A stretch of 64,000 nucleotides of DNA. Origin: a virus. The stretch spans positions 5,775 through 69,774 of IMG/VR virus record IMGVR_UViG_3300006810_000037, one strand, 5' to 3'. The position numbers and the translations under genes are program-made. Positions 45,046 through 55,069 of the stretch are shown here, piece after piece (within the stretch, counting starts at the first letter, position 1; every line of letters starts with the position of its first letter). The notes beneath the pieces are model-generated. The model saw only the letters and a list, made by a program, of their open reading frames with translations, was not told the origin of the DNA and did no database searches.

Positions 45046-46029
45046 ATGCCATCAAGTATCAAAAAGCGTTCAGCCAGCGACTTCCAAATTTTCTCAAGTG
45101 CTAAATACAAATCAGGTTATCAGACACTTGCTACTCTCCAGCCCCTAAATAAATCAAAGAGGATGGGCTGGTTTCTGAAAGAGCAAGACCTTCAGCATTG
45201 CGAATGGACAGCTTCTGAGAAAGACATGGAATACCCTGAGCATCCTAAAGGTGCTGTCATTTTTAATTACGAGCAAAGCTTTGGCGGCCATGGCTCAGCC
45301 AAAAAAGTAGAGAAGGGTATCAACTTTACATCCATCCGCTTTCAAAGATTGCATGTTAGTCCTCTGATTATTCAAGAGACAGTTGGCAATAAAGAAATGA
45401 TTGGTACTTTCGATCATCCCATCGCCAAGCAATTGTTTGACGAGGACAAAGAGAATGCAGCAAAGGAAAGTGATTACAAACGTAAGTACACTGTACGTAC
45501 AATGTATTGTGTGTATATACTGACAAAAGATAACAAGCGTGCACATAACAAGCCTCTTGTCCTATCAATCAAAGGTCTCAATGGTGTAGATCTTTCTAAC
45601 AAGACAAAAGAATTTGACAGGGCTGTGGAGTCCTGTCTTAATCGAGTGAATGAAGAAGAGGTAAGCGCAACCTTCTCCCAACAAGTTCATGCTCTTTCTG
45701 TGTTCAGCTGCTCTTTTGAGCGTGCAATGGAAGGAGAGCGTGGCGTTGAGATCTGTGGCATCGAAAGCTACGAGATGCCTCTTGCTGGAAGCGTTGATGA
45801 AGCAGCTGAAGCTCTTGATAAGTTCATGATTAGAGAGGAGGACTACGAAAAGACCTGGTCTGATCAAGAGAAATACAAGGGCTACATCCAGTCCTACTGC
45901 GAGATGATCGCAGCAAAGCTCAATGGTCAATATGGAATCAAGGAAGGAGTAGAAATCCTTCCCGCTGCTCCGCGTGAAACCAAAGCCCTTCCTGCCTCAA
46001 ACCCTACAGGAGAGGACGCGTCACTTTGA
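45046..46029 (+). CDS. Conserved cyanobacterial/phage protein (DUF5895-like)
   Basis: GWFLK...W...Y.VYILTKDN...H..PL.L.IKG..G pattern; located in the replication module. Confidence 0.55.
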   Translation: MPSSIKKRSASDFQIFSSAKYKSGYQTLATLQPLNKSKRMGWFLKEQDLQHCEWTASEKDMEYPEHPKGAVIFNYEQSFGGHGSAKKVEKGINFTSIRFQRLHVSPLIIQETVGNKEMIGTFDHPIAKQLFDEDKENAAKESDYKRKYTVRTMYCVYILTKDNKRAHNKPLVLSIKGLNGVDLSNKTKEFDRAVESCLNRVNEEEVSATFSQQVHALSVFSCSFERAMEGERGVEICGIESYEMPLAGSVDEAAEALDKFMIREEDYEKTWSDQEKYKGYIQSYCEMIAAKLNGQYGIKEGVEILPAAPRETKALPASNPTGEDASL

Positions 46030-46221
46030 ACCAAGCTCAGCGTCCATTAGTGCTTTTGTAAGTCCGTTAATCACTCCCGCTCTTTGTGTCGCGATTCTAG
46101 CGAGCAGGATCGCGAGTTCTTTTAACTCGCTTGTTGTTTCCATTGACTCTATTGCTCTCTTTATTTTTTCTTCCCAAAATAAATCCTTAGTGGCTGGCTC
46201 AAACTTCAGTTCACTGAACAT
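46021..46221 (-). CDS. Small helical-hairpin protein (NblA-like candidate)
   Basis: 66 aa; F.EEKIKRAIE...SELKELAILL helix-loop-helix; resemblance only. Confidence 0.4.
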   Translation of the reverse strand: MFSELKFEPATKDLFWEEKIKRAIESMETTSELKELAILLARIATQRAGVINGLTKALMDAELGSK

Positions 46222-46411
46222 GATCTTTATATGTTTTAAATTATTTTAATCACTTTCTTTTCAATGAATCTTTTTATTTTCAAAAGCTCTATGAGACTTA
46301 TCGGTCTTGTCACGACTGCTACACTTTTTGCTCTTGTGCTCTGCAGTGGGCTCAAGGCACATGCTAAGGTTTGTGAAGAAGTGGATGATCCAATTCTTTT
46401 CATCTGATTAA

Positions 46412-46801
46412 ATGACACTCTCAACTTTTCATTCAGCACTCACTCCAAAATACAAGACACATGTTGACACAGTTCCATCAGGTAGATGGTCTCATCTGCA
46501 CCCACACTTGAACGCAACATTTTATGAAAAGCTAAAGGCTCCTAGTTCTCAAAAGGAAGCTAAGTTTCTTTCACGCACTCATAAAGATGCTGCTGAAGAT
46601 TTTCAAATGCAAATAGAAGTTGTCGATCAGGAAATACTTATTTTAAAGGATCCGATTGACTCTTCTGTTCCTGAGTACAATTGTAATTTGTATGAAGATT
46701 TTCTAGAAAAAAAGAAACGTTTAATGATGAGCAAAAGATTTCACGTGAATGCAATGAATGCTTATGACTATTTCTGTTATTGTAAAAGTAATGTTCTTTA
46801 A
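46412..46801 (+). CDS. Hypothetical protein
   Basis: ORF track. Confidence 0.6.
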   Translation: MTLSTFHSALTPKYKTHVDTVPSGRWSHLHPHLNATFYEKLKAPSSQKEAKFLSRTHKDAAEDFQMQIEVVDQEILILKDPIDSSVPEYNCNLYEDFLEKKKRLMMSKRFHVNAMNAYDYFCYCKSNVL

Positions 46802-46816
46802 GTTAATTTAACTGTA

Positions 46817-47080
46817 ATGAATCACGAACAAGCTACGCAACTTTGCGATCTACTTACAAGATTCACGCAAGATGGTACTCCTTTGCAGGCAGTGCTTGGA
46901 GATAAATTTGAATTGGGCGTGACCTTACTTACTTGTGCAATGGTTTCTAATGAAAATCTAGCGGCTTGCATGGAGCCTGACGAGCAGGTCAGAGCAGCTA
47001 TCAATTACTACAACATTATTCAAGAACAAATAGCGAAGTATAAGGGGAATCAAGCACACAGTTTGGAGAAGCTTTTATGA
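46817..47080 (+). CDS. Hypothetical protein
   Basis: ORF track. Confidence 0.6.
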   Translation: MNHEQATQLCDLLTRFTQDGTPLQAVLGDKFELGVTLLTCAMVSNENLAACMEPDEQVRAAINYYNIIQEQIAKYKGNQAHSLEKLL

Positions 47081-47108
47081 TAAAGTTAAAAGACTTTCAC
47101 AAACAAAC

Positions 47109-47303
47109 GTGTCCAGCGCAGTTGCTTGCATCTCTTTCAATGTTGAAGTAGAGATTGAGTATGATTCCTTTAAAGGAAAAACTTTAGAACAGTTCACAGA
47201 AAGTGTCGAAGATGAATTGCATTCATTGATTGCAGAGTTGCGTCCAGATGATGTTACTTGTTTCATCACCAGTACTAAAGATTTTCGTCTGCTTGACCAA
47301 TGA
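47109..47303 (+). CDS. Hypothetical acidic protein
   Basis: ORF track; ATGA overlap with the next gene. Confidence 0.55.
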   Translation: MSSAVACISFNVEVEIEYDSFKGKTLEQFTESVEDELHSLIAELRPDDVTCFITSTKDFRLLDQ

Positions 47304-47593
47304 ATAAACCACGTGCGGTCGGCAATTCCCTAATTGATTGGGACGTTAATGAAGAAAACAAACGTATTGTTTTTCTAGAACACATGTATCGCTGTGATGG
47401 TAGAGAGGATACCGCCCATCCCAGGCATGCAACCTACACAGGTTTGTGGCAAAACTTCTGTCTCAACGAAGCTGGAAAGGCAATGCGTGACCAGTGGTTC
47501 GAGCGGATGGAAGCGGCTGACAAATACATACGGGAGAATCAGGAACTAAACGACGCAACGCAACGTCCTTTTATTTCTGGCTTTGATGATTAA
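47300..47593 (+). CDS. Hypothetical protein
   Basis: LEHMYRCDGR....HP.H.TYTGLW conserved cyanophage-like pattern. Confidence 0.65.
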   Translation: MNKPRAVGNSLIDWDVNEENKRIVFLEHMYRCDGREDTAHPRHATYTGLWQNFCLNEAGKAMRDQWFERMEAADKYIRENQELNDATQRPFISGFDD

Positions 47594-47922
47594 TCAGTTC
47601 AGTGTCGAGGCCAGGTATGTCTGCACCATTTTTTGAAATGTGTGCGGCCCTTTTATAAAAGAAACAATCGGTTTTACCTGCTTCTTCAAGAGCTACTTTG
47701 ATCTTCTTCCAGTTCTCTACTTGGTACTTTTCCATCGGTCGAATCCTACTTTGTGGTTTACTTTTTTAGCTTTCTTTAGAATCTTTTTAGCTTCCTCCCT
47801 GGTCGTACATTGCTCTGCTTTAACATTAAGGGTTGCTAATTTTTTATATTGTTTTAATAAATTCATTACTACCTCCTTAAGATCAGCATAACTTTTTATT
47901 ATCTTAGCGTATCCATTTGACT

Positions 47923-49206
47923 TTACCTATTTGTTTCTTGCCATCCTACTGAAGCTAGTACATCTGCACCTGCAGTATCACTAGATGCAACGAGGATAAG
48001 TTCGATAGGAGTGCTGGTGAAGCTGTTGCGTTCAAGCTGGAATTCAAATAAATTATCACGGTGCAGTTCTGAAGCAGTGGAGCCTTGGTTTGAACCAACT
48101 GCGTAGCCTGCTGTTAACACTTCGCCTGCACCAAGGCTGTAACTTGTTGCTGTGATGTTGTACTCAACTAATGAAGAACTACTATTTGTAACCCAAGTGC
48201 CTCCAGAAGTCGTGCCTCCTTGTACAATTTCCCAACAATAGTTTGCATTGTTAGTAATACCTAATACATTTAATGAATCCAAGATTGCTATGCCGTCAAT
48301 GCGTGTGCTCTTTAGACGTAATGAAATAAGAGGATACACTGTTGAAGCAACTGTAAGATCTCTTGGAGAACCGATTGGTAACTTTGCTTCTGCTGCGTTA
48401 CCCCTTATTTCATAGCCACCCTCTGAAATGACTGTCATACAAATTTGTTTCAAAGTACTACTGCTAGCCGTAGTGTCAGTGTTTGTAAGTTCAACACGCA
48501 AGGGTAAGCAAGCTGTAGTTATGTACGTTCCTGAAGTAACATTTGCGTGCTGGAATGAGTGGCAATGAATGAAGACACCATCTATTACAAATCCGCATCG
48601 GACTGTACCGGAACCGAGCCACTCAAAATCAAACCAAACAATTTGAACCTTTGATAGATCTAAAGTAATCCCTGAAGGTCCGTTGCCATCTAAGGTGTCA
48701 ATATTCCACTCCGTTTTCGATACTTCTGTATTGACTAGGGATCCTGTAACAGAACTTCTCTCAACAAATGAAGGTTCATTAGTACTGTTTAGTTCCAAGT
48801 AGAGGCCATTCTCTGTACCAAAGTATCCGATTCGCTGCCTAAGATTATTTTTAGCTTCTTCAAAATTAAAAGATAAAATAGCAAGCAGAGATTTTCCAGG
48901 TTGATAATTAAATACTTTTTTAGTTTCTCTTAATACTTGTGAGCCTGATGCAGTTGTGACTGTCATGTCAAGTAAGCCTGCATCTGCATTAAAGGCAGAA
49001 GAACCTCCTGCTGCTGTTGACTCAACCCATTCGCCATTGTCTACATAGCGATGAGAAGACTCAAACAAAGTATAAGGATTCGAAACCCTTAGCCTGCCAA
49101 AAGCATCATTGCTTGTAGTTCCAGATGTGCTTATAGCTGTCGTTAAAGGATTAACTACATACACATCTTTAACTAATTCAGAATTATAATAACGACCTTG
49201 TGGCAT
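47923..49206 (-). CDS. Putative virion structural protein (beta-sandwich/lectin-like)
   Basis: DAFGRLRVSNP, YQPGKS and EWLGSG.VR.GF motifs common in phage structural proteins. Confidence 0.7.
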   Translation of the reverse strand: MPQGRYYNSELVKDVYVVNPLTTAISTSGTTSNDAFGRLRVSNPYTLFESSHRYVDNGEWVESTAAGGSSAFNADAGLLDMTVTTASGSQVLRETKKVFNYQPGKSLLAILSFNFEEAKNNLRQRIGYFGTENGLYLELNSTNEPSFVERSSVTGSLVNTEVSKTEWNIDTLDGNGPSGITLDLSKVQIVWFDFEWLGSGTVRCGFVIDGVFIHCHSFQHANVTSGTYITTACLPLRVELTNTDTTASSSTLKQICMTVISEGGYEIRGNAAEAKLPIGSPRDLTVASTVYPLISLRLKSTRIDGIAILDSLNVLGITNNANYCWEIVQGGTTSGGTWVTNSSSSLVEYNITATSYSLGAGEVLTAGYAVGSNQGSTASELHRDNLFEFQLERNSFTSTPIELILVASSDTAGADVLASVGWQETNR

Positions 49207-49313
49207 AACTTTAATCCATATACTTTATCTCTAACATTCTAATGCCCTTCAGGTAAACAAGGGCAACATGCCTTAAAATAAAGAATATAGAATTATAATC
49301 CTGATTAAAACAA

Positions 49314-49751
49314 ATGTTATATGACCTGTTCGGGGACTTCAGCGGTGGAATAAAAGCGAGTGAAAACAGTGCGTCATTCGATGGTAAGACGCTGGGTGAA
49401 TTTTTAAGGAGTGATTACGATTACTTCAGAGGAAATAACAGAAGGGGCGGAGGTTTTAGCGGCAGAGATCCTGAAGATTTATTTGTAGCTTCTTTGATTG
49501 GTGCTGGTCCAAGGTCGAGATTCTTTGCTCCGCTAAGAAATGCAGGTATTGATACACAAGACTATCAATACTATGCAGACAAAGCTGGGATTAAAAATGT
49601 GAATAGTCAAAACGATCTTGATCAAATCATTACAGCGTTTAATGAAGACAGGAGACAAGCTATGGAAATGCCTCAAGAAATGAAAAGTGAAATGGTACCA
49701 CAACCAAGTGCGCCAGTGCCTATGGCTGGTAAATACTTAGGGTTCTTCTAA
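49314..49751 (+). CDS. Hypothetical protein
   Basis: ORF track; ends MAGKYLGFF. Confidence 0.6.
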   Translation: MLYDLFGDFSGGIKASENSASFDGKTLGEFLRSDYDYFRGNNRRGGGFSGRDPEDLFVASLIGAGPRSRFFAPLRNAGIDTQDYQYYADKAGIKNVNSQNDLDQIITAFNEDRRQAMEMPQEMKSEMVPQPSAPVPMAGKYLGFF

Positions 49752-49816
49752 ATTATTAGATACATATTAAATGAAAATATATTCTAGAATATGGCACGTA
49801 GCTTCAACACTTACTG

Positions 49817-50347
49817 ATGGCCCACTTCCCAGATCCCTTCGCAGACAATAATAAAGAAGCTGTTGCACAAGAGGTGCAGCCAACAGTTAAGTATAAGAAA
49901 GATGATAAGACAGCAAAGTTTGTATCAGAGTTGACTCGTGTTTGTGCTACGCTTGACCACCTGCGTATTCAGTCACACCTCATTCATCTAAACTATGAGG
50001 CTTCAAATTTTTTGGGTGTGCATAAGTTTCTGAAAAAGCAGTACGAAGCGCATGCAGAACAATTTGATCGGGTGGGTGAGTACATCCGTTCGATGGATTA
50101 CCTTCTTCCAATGTGCGAGAAAGGTTTGAAATCCGCATCAAAAGGTGTGAAGCATGTGGAATCATATGAACCCAGCAATATGCTGCTCACTTATTATACA
50201 AACCTAGAGAACTTTGCGGTCAACCTTAAAGGCATTAGGAAACAAGCAGAGCGCATTGATGCTCCTGACATTGAAAACTATATTGCCGAGCTGGTTGGTG
50301 AAATGTTCCTGGCAGCTTGGAAGATTAAATCGATGCTAAGAAATTAA
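49817..50347 (+). CDS. dps: Dps/ferritin-like protein
   Basis: HLIHLNYE..NFLGVHKFL..QYE....QFDRVGEYIR ferroxidase-centre pattern. Confidence 0.8.
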   Translation: MAHFPDPFADNNKEAVAQEVQPTVKYKKDDKTAKFVSELTRVCATLDHLRIQSHLIHLNYEASNFLGVHKFLKKQYEAHAEQFDRVGEYIRSMDYLLPMCEKGLKSASKGVKHVESYEPSNMLLTYYTNLENFAVNLKGIRKQAERIDAPDIENYIAELVGEMFLAAWKIKSMLRN

Positions 50348-50500
50348 GACTCTTCTGCCTTAATCCTTGCTTCATACATTGCATCATACTTAGAAGGCAG
50401 AGCCTTTTCCCTCCAATCGGAGGGGGGCTCTGGCATCCAGCGAGCAAGTTCTCTGAAATACTTAGCGAAGCGTTCTGCATCAGCTTCCGCTTTCTTATCC

Positions 50501-50704
50501 TCATCCAAATTTATTCACCTTTAAGTGACGGTCTAAGTCATCACACAATGCATCCATGAACTTAAGCGACTCAATCTTTGCAACGATGTCAGTAATTGCG
50601 CTGATCAATACAGGATTTTCAGCGCGTGCGGCAAATGCAAGTGCTTCTCTCATCGCCTGATTTGCTGTGTCTACAGGAATTTGAACTTGAGTTGCCAAAG
50701 CCAT
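50501..50704 (-). CDS. Conserved cyanophage hypothetical protein
   Basis: REALAFAARAENP pattern. Confidence 0.65.
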   Translation of the reverse strand: MALATQVQIPVDTANQAMREALAFAARAENPVLISAITDIVAKIESLKFMDALCDDLDRHLKVNKFG

Positions 50705-50826
50705 GAAAATTTTATAACTATTAAAAGTATAGCCTTAATGAATTAAAGCTGCATGATGCCAATTACAAATTCGAATTAGTAATAATCTAAAAATAGAATT
50801 ATATTATTTTCTTAATACATAAAGAA

Positions 50827-51651
50827 TTGATGACTTGCAAAAAGGTATGGAAAAAGGATCAAATGGAGGCGCTAAACAATAAGGAGTGTCGCATAACTAT
50901 CAATGGCAAAAGACACTACACTACTCCCTTTGGTCCGGCACCTTCGGTTACTACCATACTCTCAGAGATTGCGAGCGAAGCTGATAAAAAGAAATTAGAG
51001 ATGTGGAGTAAGGCAAACCCTGGAGTAAAAGAAGCAGCAGCAGAAAGAGGAACAGCAATTCATGCTGCCATGGAACACTACCTAGCTGATGGAATAAAAC
51101 AACCAGAAATAAAAGAAGACTATGCAGATTTTTGGACGGGTATGCCAGCAGTGCTAGATCAATTTGATAGTTGCATATGGGCAGAAAGGCCTCTTTTAAA
51201 AGAACATCAATTCACTGTTGGCGGTGATGGTGTGGCTAGAGTGTTTGGAATTAATGAGGAAGGTCACTGCTTTGCTGGGGCACCAGATGTAATCGGTTAC
51301 GTTAAAGGAAAGCTTGTACTTGCTGATTTAAAAACTTCAGTTAAACCTTACTCAAGACGTTGGCCTGACACTTTGAAAAAGGGTTCGCAAGAGTGGAGAG
51401 ATCTACTAGGTGGCTACATGAAATTTAAAAAAACTATTAAACAGTTAGCTGCGTATGATATTGGTATTGAAAATACGCTGGGACTTAAAGTGGATCAGGC
51501 AGCTATCCTTGTTTCAACACCGCTGCGTACACAGGTTTTTAAAATTAGTAGAAAATTCTTAGACTCTTTAAGGGACGATTGGTGGAAGTGTTGCGCAGAA
51601 TACTTTGAACAACTGGATAAGTTCGGCCCTGTTGACAAAGATCTTATCTAA
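50827..51651 (+). CDS. PD-(D/E)XK exonuclease
   Basis: PSVTTIL, RGTAIH, AGAPD...LADLKTS, QLAAY. Confidence 0.85.
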   Translation: MMTCKKVWKKDQMEALNNKECRITINGKRHYTTPFGPAPSVTTILSEIASEADKKKLEMWSKANPGVKEAAAERGTAIHAAMEHYLADGIKQPEIKEDYADFWTGMPAVLDQFDSCIWAERPLLKEHQFTVGGDGVARVFGINEEGHCFAGAPDVIGYVKGKLVLADLKTSVKPYSRRWPDTLKKGSQEWRDLLGGYMKFKKTIKQLAAYDIGIENTLGLKVDQAAILVSTPLRTQVFKISRKFLDSLRDDWWKCCAEYFEQLDKFGPVDKDLI

Positions 51652-51944
51652 TGACAAAAAATATGTGCGAAAAAAAGAAATCAATGAGGGCTAAAGATTT
51701 AAAAAAAAGATACGGGATAAGCGTTGAACAGTATGAACAAATGCTTATAAACCAAAACAATCGGTGCAAGATTTGCGGTTCTAAAGATCCCGGACATAAG
51801 AAAAAACATTTTTCCGTTGACCATTGCCATGAGACTAAAAAGGTAAGAGGCTTGCTATGCACGAGCTGTAACTTAGCCCTAGGTTACTTGAAAGATGATG
51901 TAATTTTGTTAAAGTCTTGTATAGATTATTTTCAATCACTTTGA
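51651..51944 (+). CDS. Endonuclease VII-like protein
   Basis: YGIS...QNNRCKIC...VDHCH....VRGLLC..CN.ALG. Confidence 0.9.
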   Translation: MTKNMCEKKKSMRAKDLKKRYGISVEQYEQMLINQNNRCKICGSKDPGHKKKHFSVDHCHETKKVRGLLCTSCNLALGYLKDDVILLKSCIDYFQSL

Positions 51945-52250
51945 CATGCTTGAGTGCGCTCGCTTTATTACCGTAAGTTTTTTTACTTATTTATATTTGA
52001 AAATAATTGACACTTATCTTAACGTTGAGAATAGGCTTACAAAAAGGCGGAGCAATAATTAAATTAAAGGCGAGGGCGTTGATGCCCTTAGTAGTACTGG
52101 TTACTTTAAAGGGCACCGCACAAATCCCCTTGCAGCCACTGCCTTTTCTTATCTTGTTTTTTTATTTTCTTGATTGTCTTCTATTCAATTTACTTATAAT
52201 TGATTATTGAATTACCGGATCTAAAATAAAAACAGCTGCAAATTCAATCA

Positions 52251-52433
52251 ATGAAATACGTCGTTCAACCGGCGGAGTTTTCTCGTGCCATAAAATCCAT
52301 CATCGCTAACGCTGTAGATGGTGACGTTCTGATTGTGCCTTTTGCGATGCAGTTACATGCTTTCAATTTGTTGAAATCGAATATATGTCCTGACAAAAAT
52401 ATCACCGTACAATTACTAGACGCAAGGAACTAA
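52251..52433 (+). CDS. Hypothetical protein
   Basis: Preceded by TAAAAT; directly upstream of the primase gene. Confidence 0.55.
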   Translation: MKYVVQPAEFSRAIKSIIANAVDGDVLIVPFAMQLHAFNLLKSNICPDKNITVQLLDARN

Positions 52434-52434
52434 T

Positions 52435-55038
52435 ATGTCTATTGATTTTCAACTCAAGCCAGGTGAAATTCGCCTAGATCTGATTCCTAGTTCATGGCCC
52501 CTCACTCCACTTGGACAAGATAAAGCCCCCTACATTTTAGGGTGGCAAAAAAATCCACTGTCAGTTTCTGAAATTGCAGAGGAAGTTTATTCGAACAAAG
52601 CAAAAGCAGTTGGATTACTTTCTGGGCCGGTAGGTAACGAGCCCTACGGTTTGTTATGGGTTGATGTTGATGGTAAAAGTGCTTTCGACATTGTCGAAAA
52701 GCTATCGACAGAAACCTTTGACAAAGCTCTACCGCCTACACTAGCAATTGCAAGTGGGAAGGAAGGACGTTTACGAAAGCTTTATAAAGTATCAAAGAAT
52801 GACTTTGATGTATTCGCGAGGTCAAAGTATCGCTGGCTTGGAGAAACAAATGAGCAACTAGAAGTTCTCTGGACAAAGCGCCAGGGTGTACTCATGGGTA
52901 AACACCCTGATACAAAAGGGTTTTACACAATGCCAGGGCAAGGGTTTGAGCATTGTAAAGATCTTCCCTTTGTTCCAGAGTGGATCATCGCAAATGTTCA
53001 TGCGCAAAATAAAAAGAAAGGGACTCCTTCAATCGAGAGGCAGCGTTATGTAGGAATTAATTTTGCAATCAATAGTGAAATTACAGTTGAAAGAGATATT
53101 CGTATTGCTAGAAATGCAATCTTTAGTTTACCGATTGAGCATTGCGACACCTATGACAGCTGGATTTCTGCCGGTCAAGCTCTGCATTCTATTGATGACA
53201 GCTGCTTAGAAATTTGGGATGAATGGAGTCAGCAATCTAAAAAGTATAAGCCTGGAATATGTGCGTCCAAATGGAAAACATTTGACCGGGAAGGAGGTGC
53301 GGGGATTGGATCCCTTATTGAGGAGGCTAAAAAGTATGGCTTCAGTATCAGCCAAGACTTTAAAGCCCATTCTGTTTCAGACACAGAGGTTGCTGCTGCG
53401 GAACAATTCTTAAAAAACTTTGAGCACGAGGAGAAACAAGATCCGATTGAACTGCTTGAGCAGGAAATGATTGCTTTTCTACAGGAAGATAAAAAACAAC
53501 TTGTGGGTTTTTATGGAGGAGGCAGCCAATTGAAACAAACAAGGAAGCAAAAAGGCTCATTGAATCAAAGTCAAATTTTTCATTTACTCGTACAAGCATA
53601 CGATGACAACTTGAGATACTGCGAAACGCTTAGGCAGTTTCGTTTATTCGATGCAAGCACTGGGCAATGGTTGCTTCTCTCTGATAATAAAATGGGTGCA
53701 GACTTAATGGAACGTTTGGATATCTTAACTGAGTCTGGTCTTATCAGTGGTTATGATAATAAATTAATTAATGACATTAAAAATCTTTTAAGTAATAAAT
53801 TTAACTTTAATAATTGGTATGAAGATCGAGAATATCTTTTATTTACAAATGGAATACTCCATGTGCCTAGTAAAAAACTTATTCCTTTTAACAAAAACGT
53901 TAAATTTGTACACGATCTTTTTCTGATTAATCGTCAGCCATATGCCTACGACGAAACGCAAGTGCCTAGCAGCATCATTGAATGGCTGCACTGGACTCAA
54001 GATGAGCGTGAAGACCGTGTCCAACTCTTACGTGCGTTCATGAGGGCTGTACTCTTGCAGCATCATGAGATCCAGCGCTTCCTCGAGATCGTAGGTTACG
54101 GAAAGACTGGCAAGTCGACCTTCGCAAACTTGTGTGTTGCTCTTGTTGGGCGCGACAACATTGCTACAACTAGCTTCAAGGAAATGGAAAGCAATAAGTT
54201 TGAGCTGACTAACTTTGCAGGAAAGAAGTTAATTGTCTTGCCAGACCAAGATAAGTATGGGGGAAGTGTTGGCGTTCTGAAAAACTTAAGTGGGGGAGAT
54301 ATGGTCCGCAATGAAGTCAAGAATAAAGCAAATGTTACTTCGTTTCAATACAAAGGAATGATTATCATTACAGCTAATGCAGAAATTCAATCCACTGATA
54401 AAAGTACTGGGCTTCAAAGAAGACGCATTACTTTATATTTTAACCGTGTGTTTAAAGGTAAACCGTCCGAACAGCGAAATCTCATTTCATTTAGCAAGAC
54501 TGGAGAACCAGGTGGAGAATTTTCTAAGGAACTACCGGGCTTGATCAACTGGTTACTTTCAATGTCGGAAGAGACGATGAAAGAATATTTAATGGCCACT
54601 TCGTCTTGTGTTGAGGGTTACCACAAGGAAGAGAGTGAGCGCGATCGTCGCGTTTCAACACTCCATGATTGGTTAGGAGAATACATAATCTATGATCCTG
54701 ATTATTGGACTGCAATTGGTGTGAGCAGAGAGAAGCCTTTCAACCAAGAGGGCAATCATAAGTATGCAAACTTTAACACTGAGCTCTACCCAAGTTACTT
54801 AGAGCATTGTTCCAATATCGGACAGAAGTCTTCTACGCGAGGAAATTTTATTTCAAATTTAATCGAATACTGTCGCACAAATAATTTGGCTGTTACTAAA
54901 GAAAAATATAAACGTGCAAATGGTTTGAGGGGACTTCGCATTAGAAATGAGAGCTCTGTTGTGAAGCAGAATGAGTGGCCGTCTGTTCTTGAATACGTAA
55001 ATGACAAAGAGAACTATAAGAATATCTATGAAAAATAA
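52435..55038 (+). CDS. Primase-polymerase / PriCT-2 / D5-like SF3 helicase
   Basis: WVDVDG prim-pol; YDSWISAGQALH...WDEWS PriCT-2; GYGKTGKST Walker A; IIITAN motif C. Confidence 0.9.
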   Translation: MSIDFQLKPGEIRLDLIPSSWPLTPLGQDKAPYILGWQKNPLSVSEIAEEVYSNKAKAVGLLSGPVGNEPYGLLWVDVDGKSAFDIVEKLSTETFDKALPPTLAIASGKEGRLRKLYKVSKNDFDVFARSKYRWLGETNEQLEVLWTKRQGVLMGKHPDTKGFYTMPGQGFEHCKDLPFVPEWIIANVHAQNKKKGTPSIERQRYVGINFAINSEITVERDIRIARNAIFSLPIEHCDTYDSWISAGQALHSIDDSCLEIWDEWSQQSKKYKPGICASKWKTFDREGGAGIGSLIEEAKKYGFSISQDFKAHSVSDTEVAAAEQFLKNFEHEEKQDPIELLEQEMIAFLQEDKKQLVGFYGGGSQLKQTRKQKGSLNQSQIFHLLVQAYDDNLRYCETLRQFRLFDASTGQWLLLSDNKMGADLMERLDILTESGLISGYDNKLINDIKNLLSNKFNFNNWYEDREYLLFTNGILHVPSKKLIPFNKNVKFVHDLFLINRQPYAYDETQVPSSIIEWLHWTQDEREDRVQLLRAFMRAVLLQHHEIQRFLEIVGYGKTGKSTFANLCVALVGRDNIATTSFKEMESNKFELTNFAGKKLIVLPDQDKYGGSVGVLKNLSGGDMVRNEVKNKANVTSFQYKGMIIITANAEIQSTDKSTGLQRRRITLYFNRVFKGKPSEQRNLISFSKTGEPGGEFSKELPGLINWLLSMSEETMKEYLMATSSCVEGYHKEESERDRRVSTLHDWLGEYIIYDPDYWTAIGVSREKPFNQEGNHKYANFNTELYPSYLEHCSNIGQKSSTRGNFISNLIEYCRTNNLAVTKEKYKRANGLRGLRIRNESSVVKQNEWPSVLEYVNDKENYKNIYEK

Positions 55039-55069
55039 GTTACACTTACTCAGGAAGTAGCAGTTTTTT

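Noticed and set aside
20100-55038. Inteins or further introns in terminase, polymerase or primase-helicase
   Set aside because: The proteins are of normal length with contiguous motifs and no splice-junction signatures
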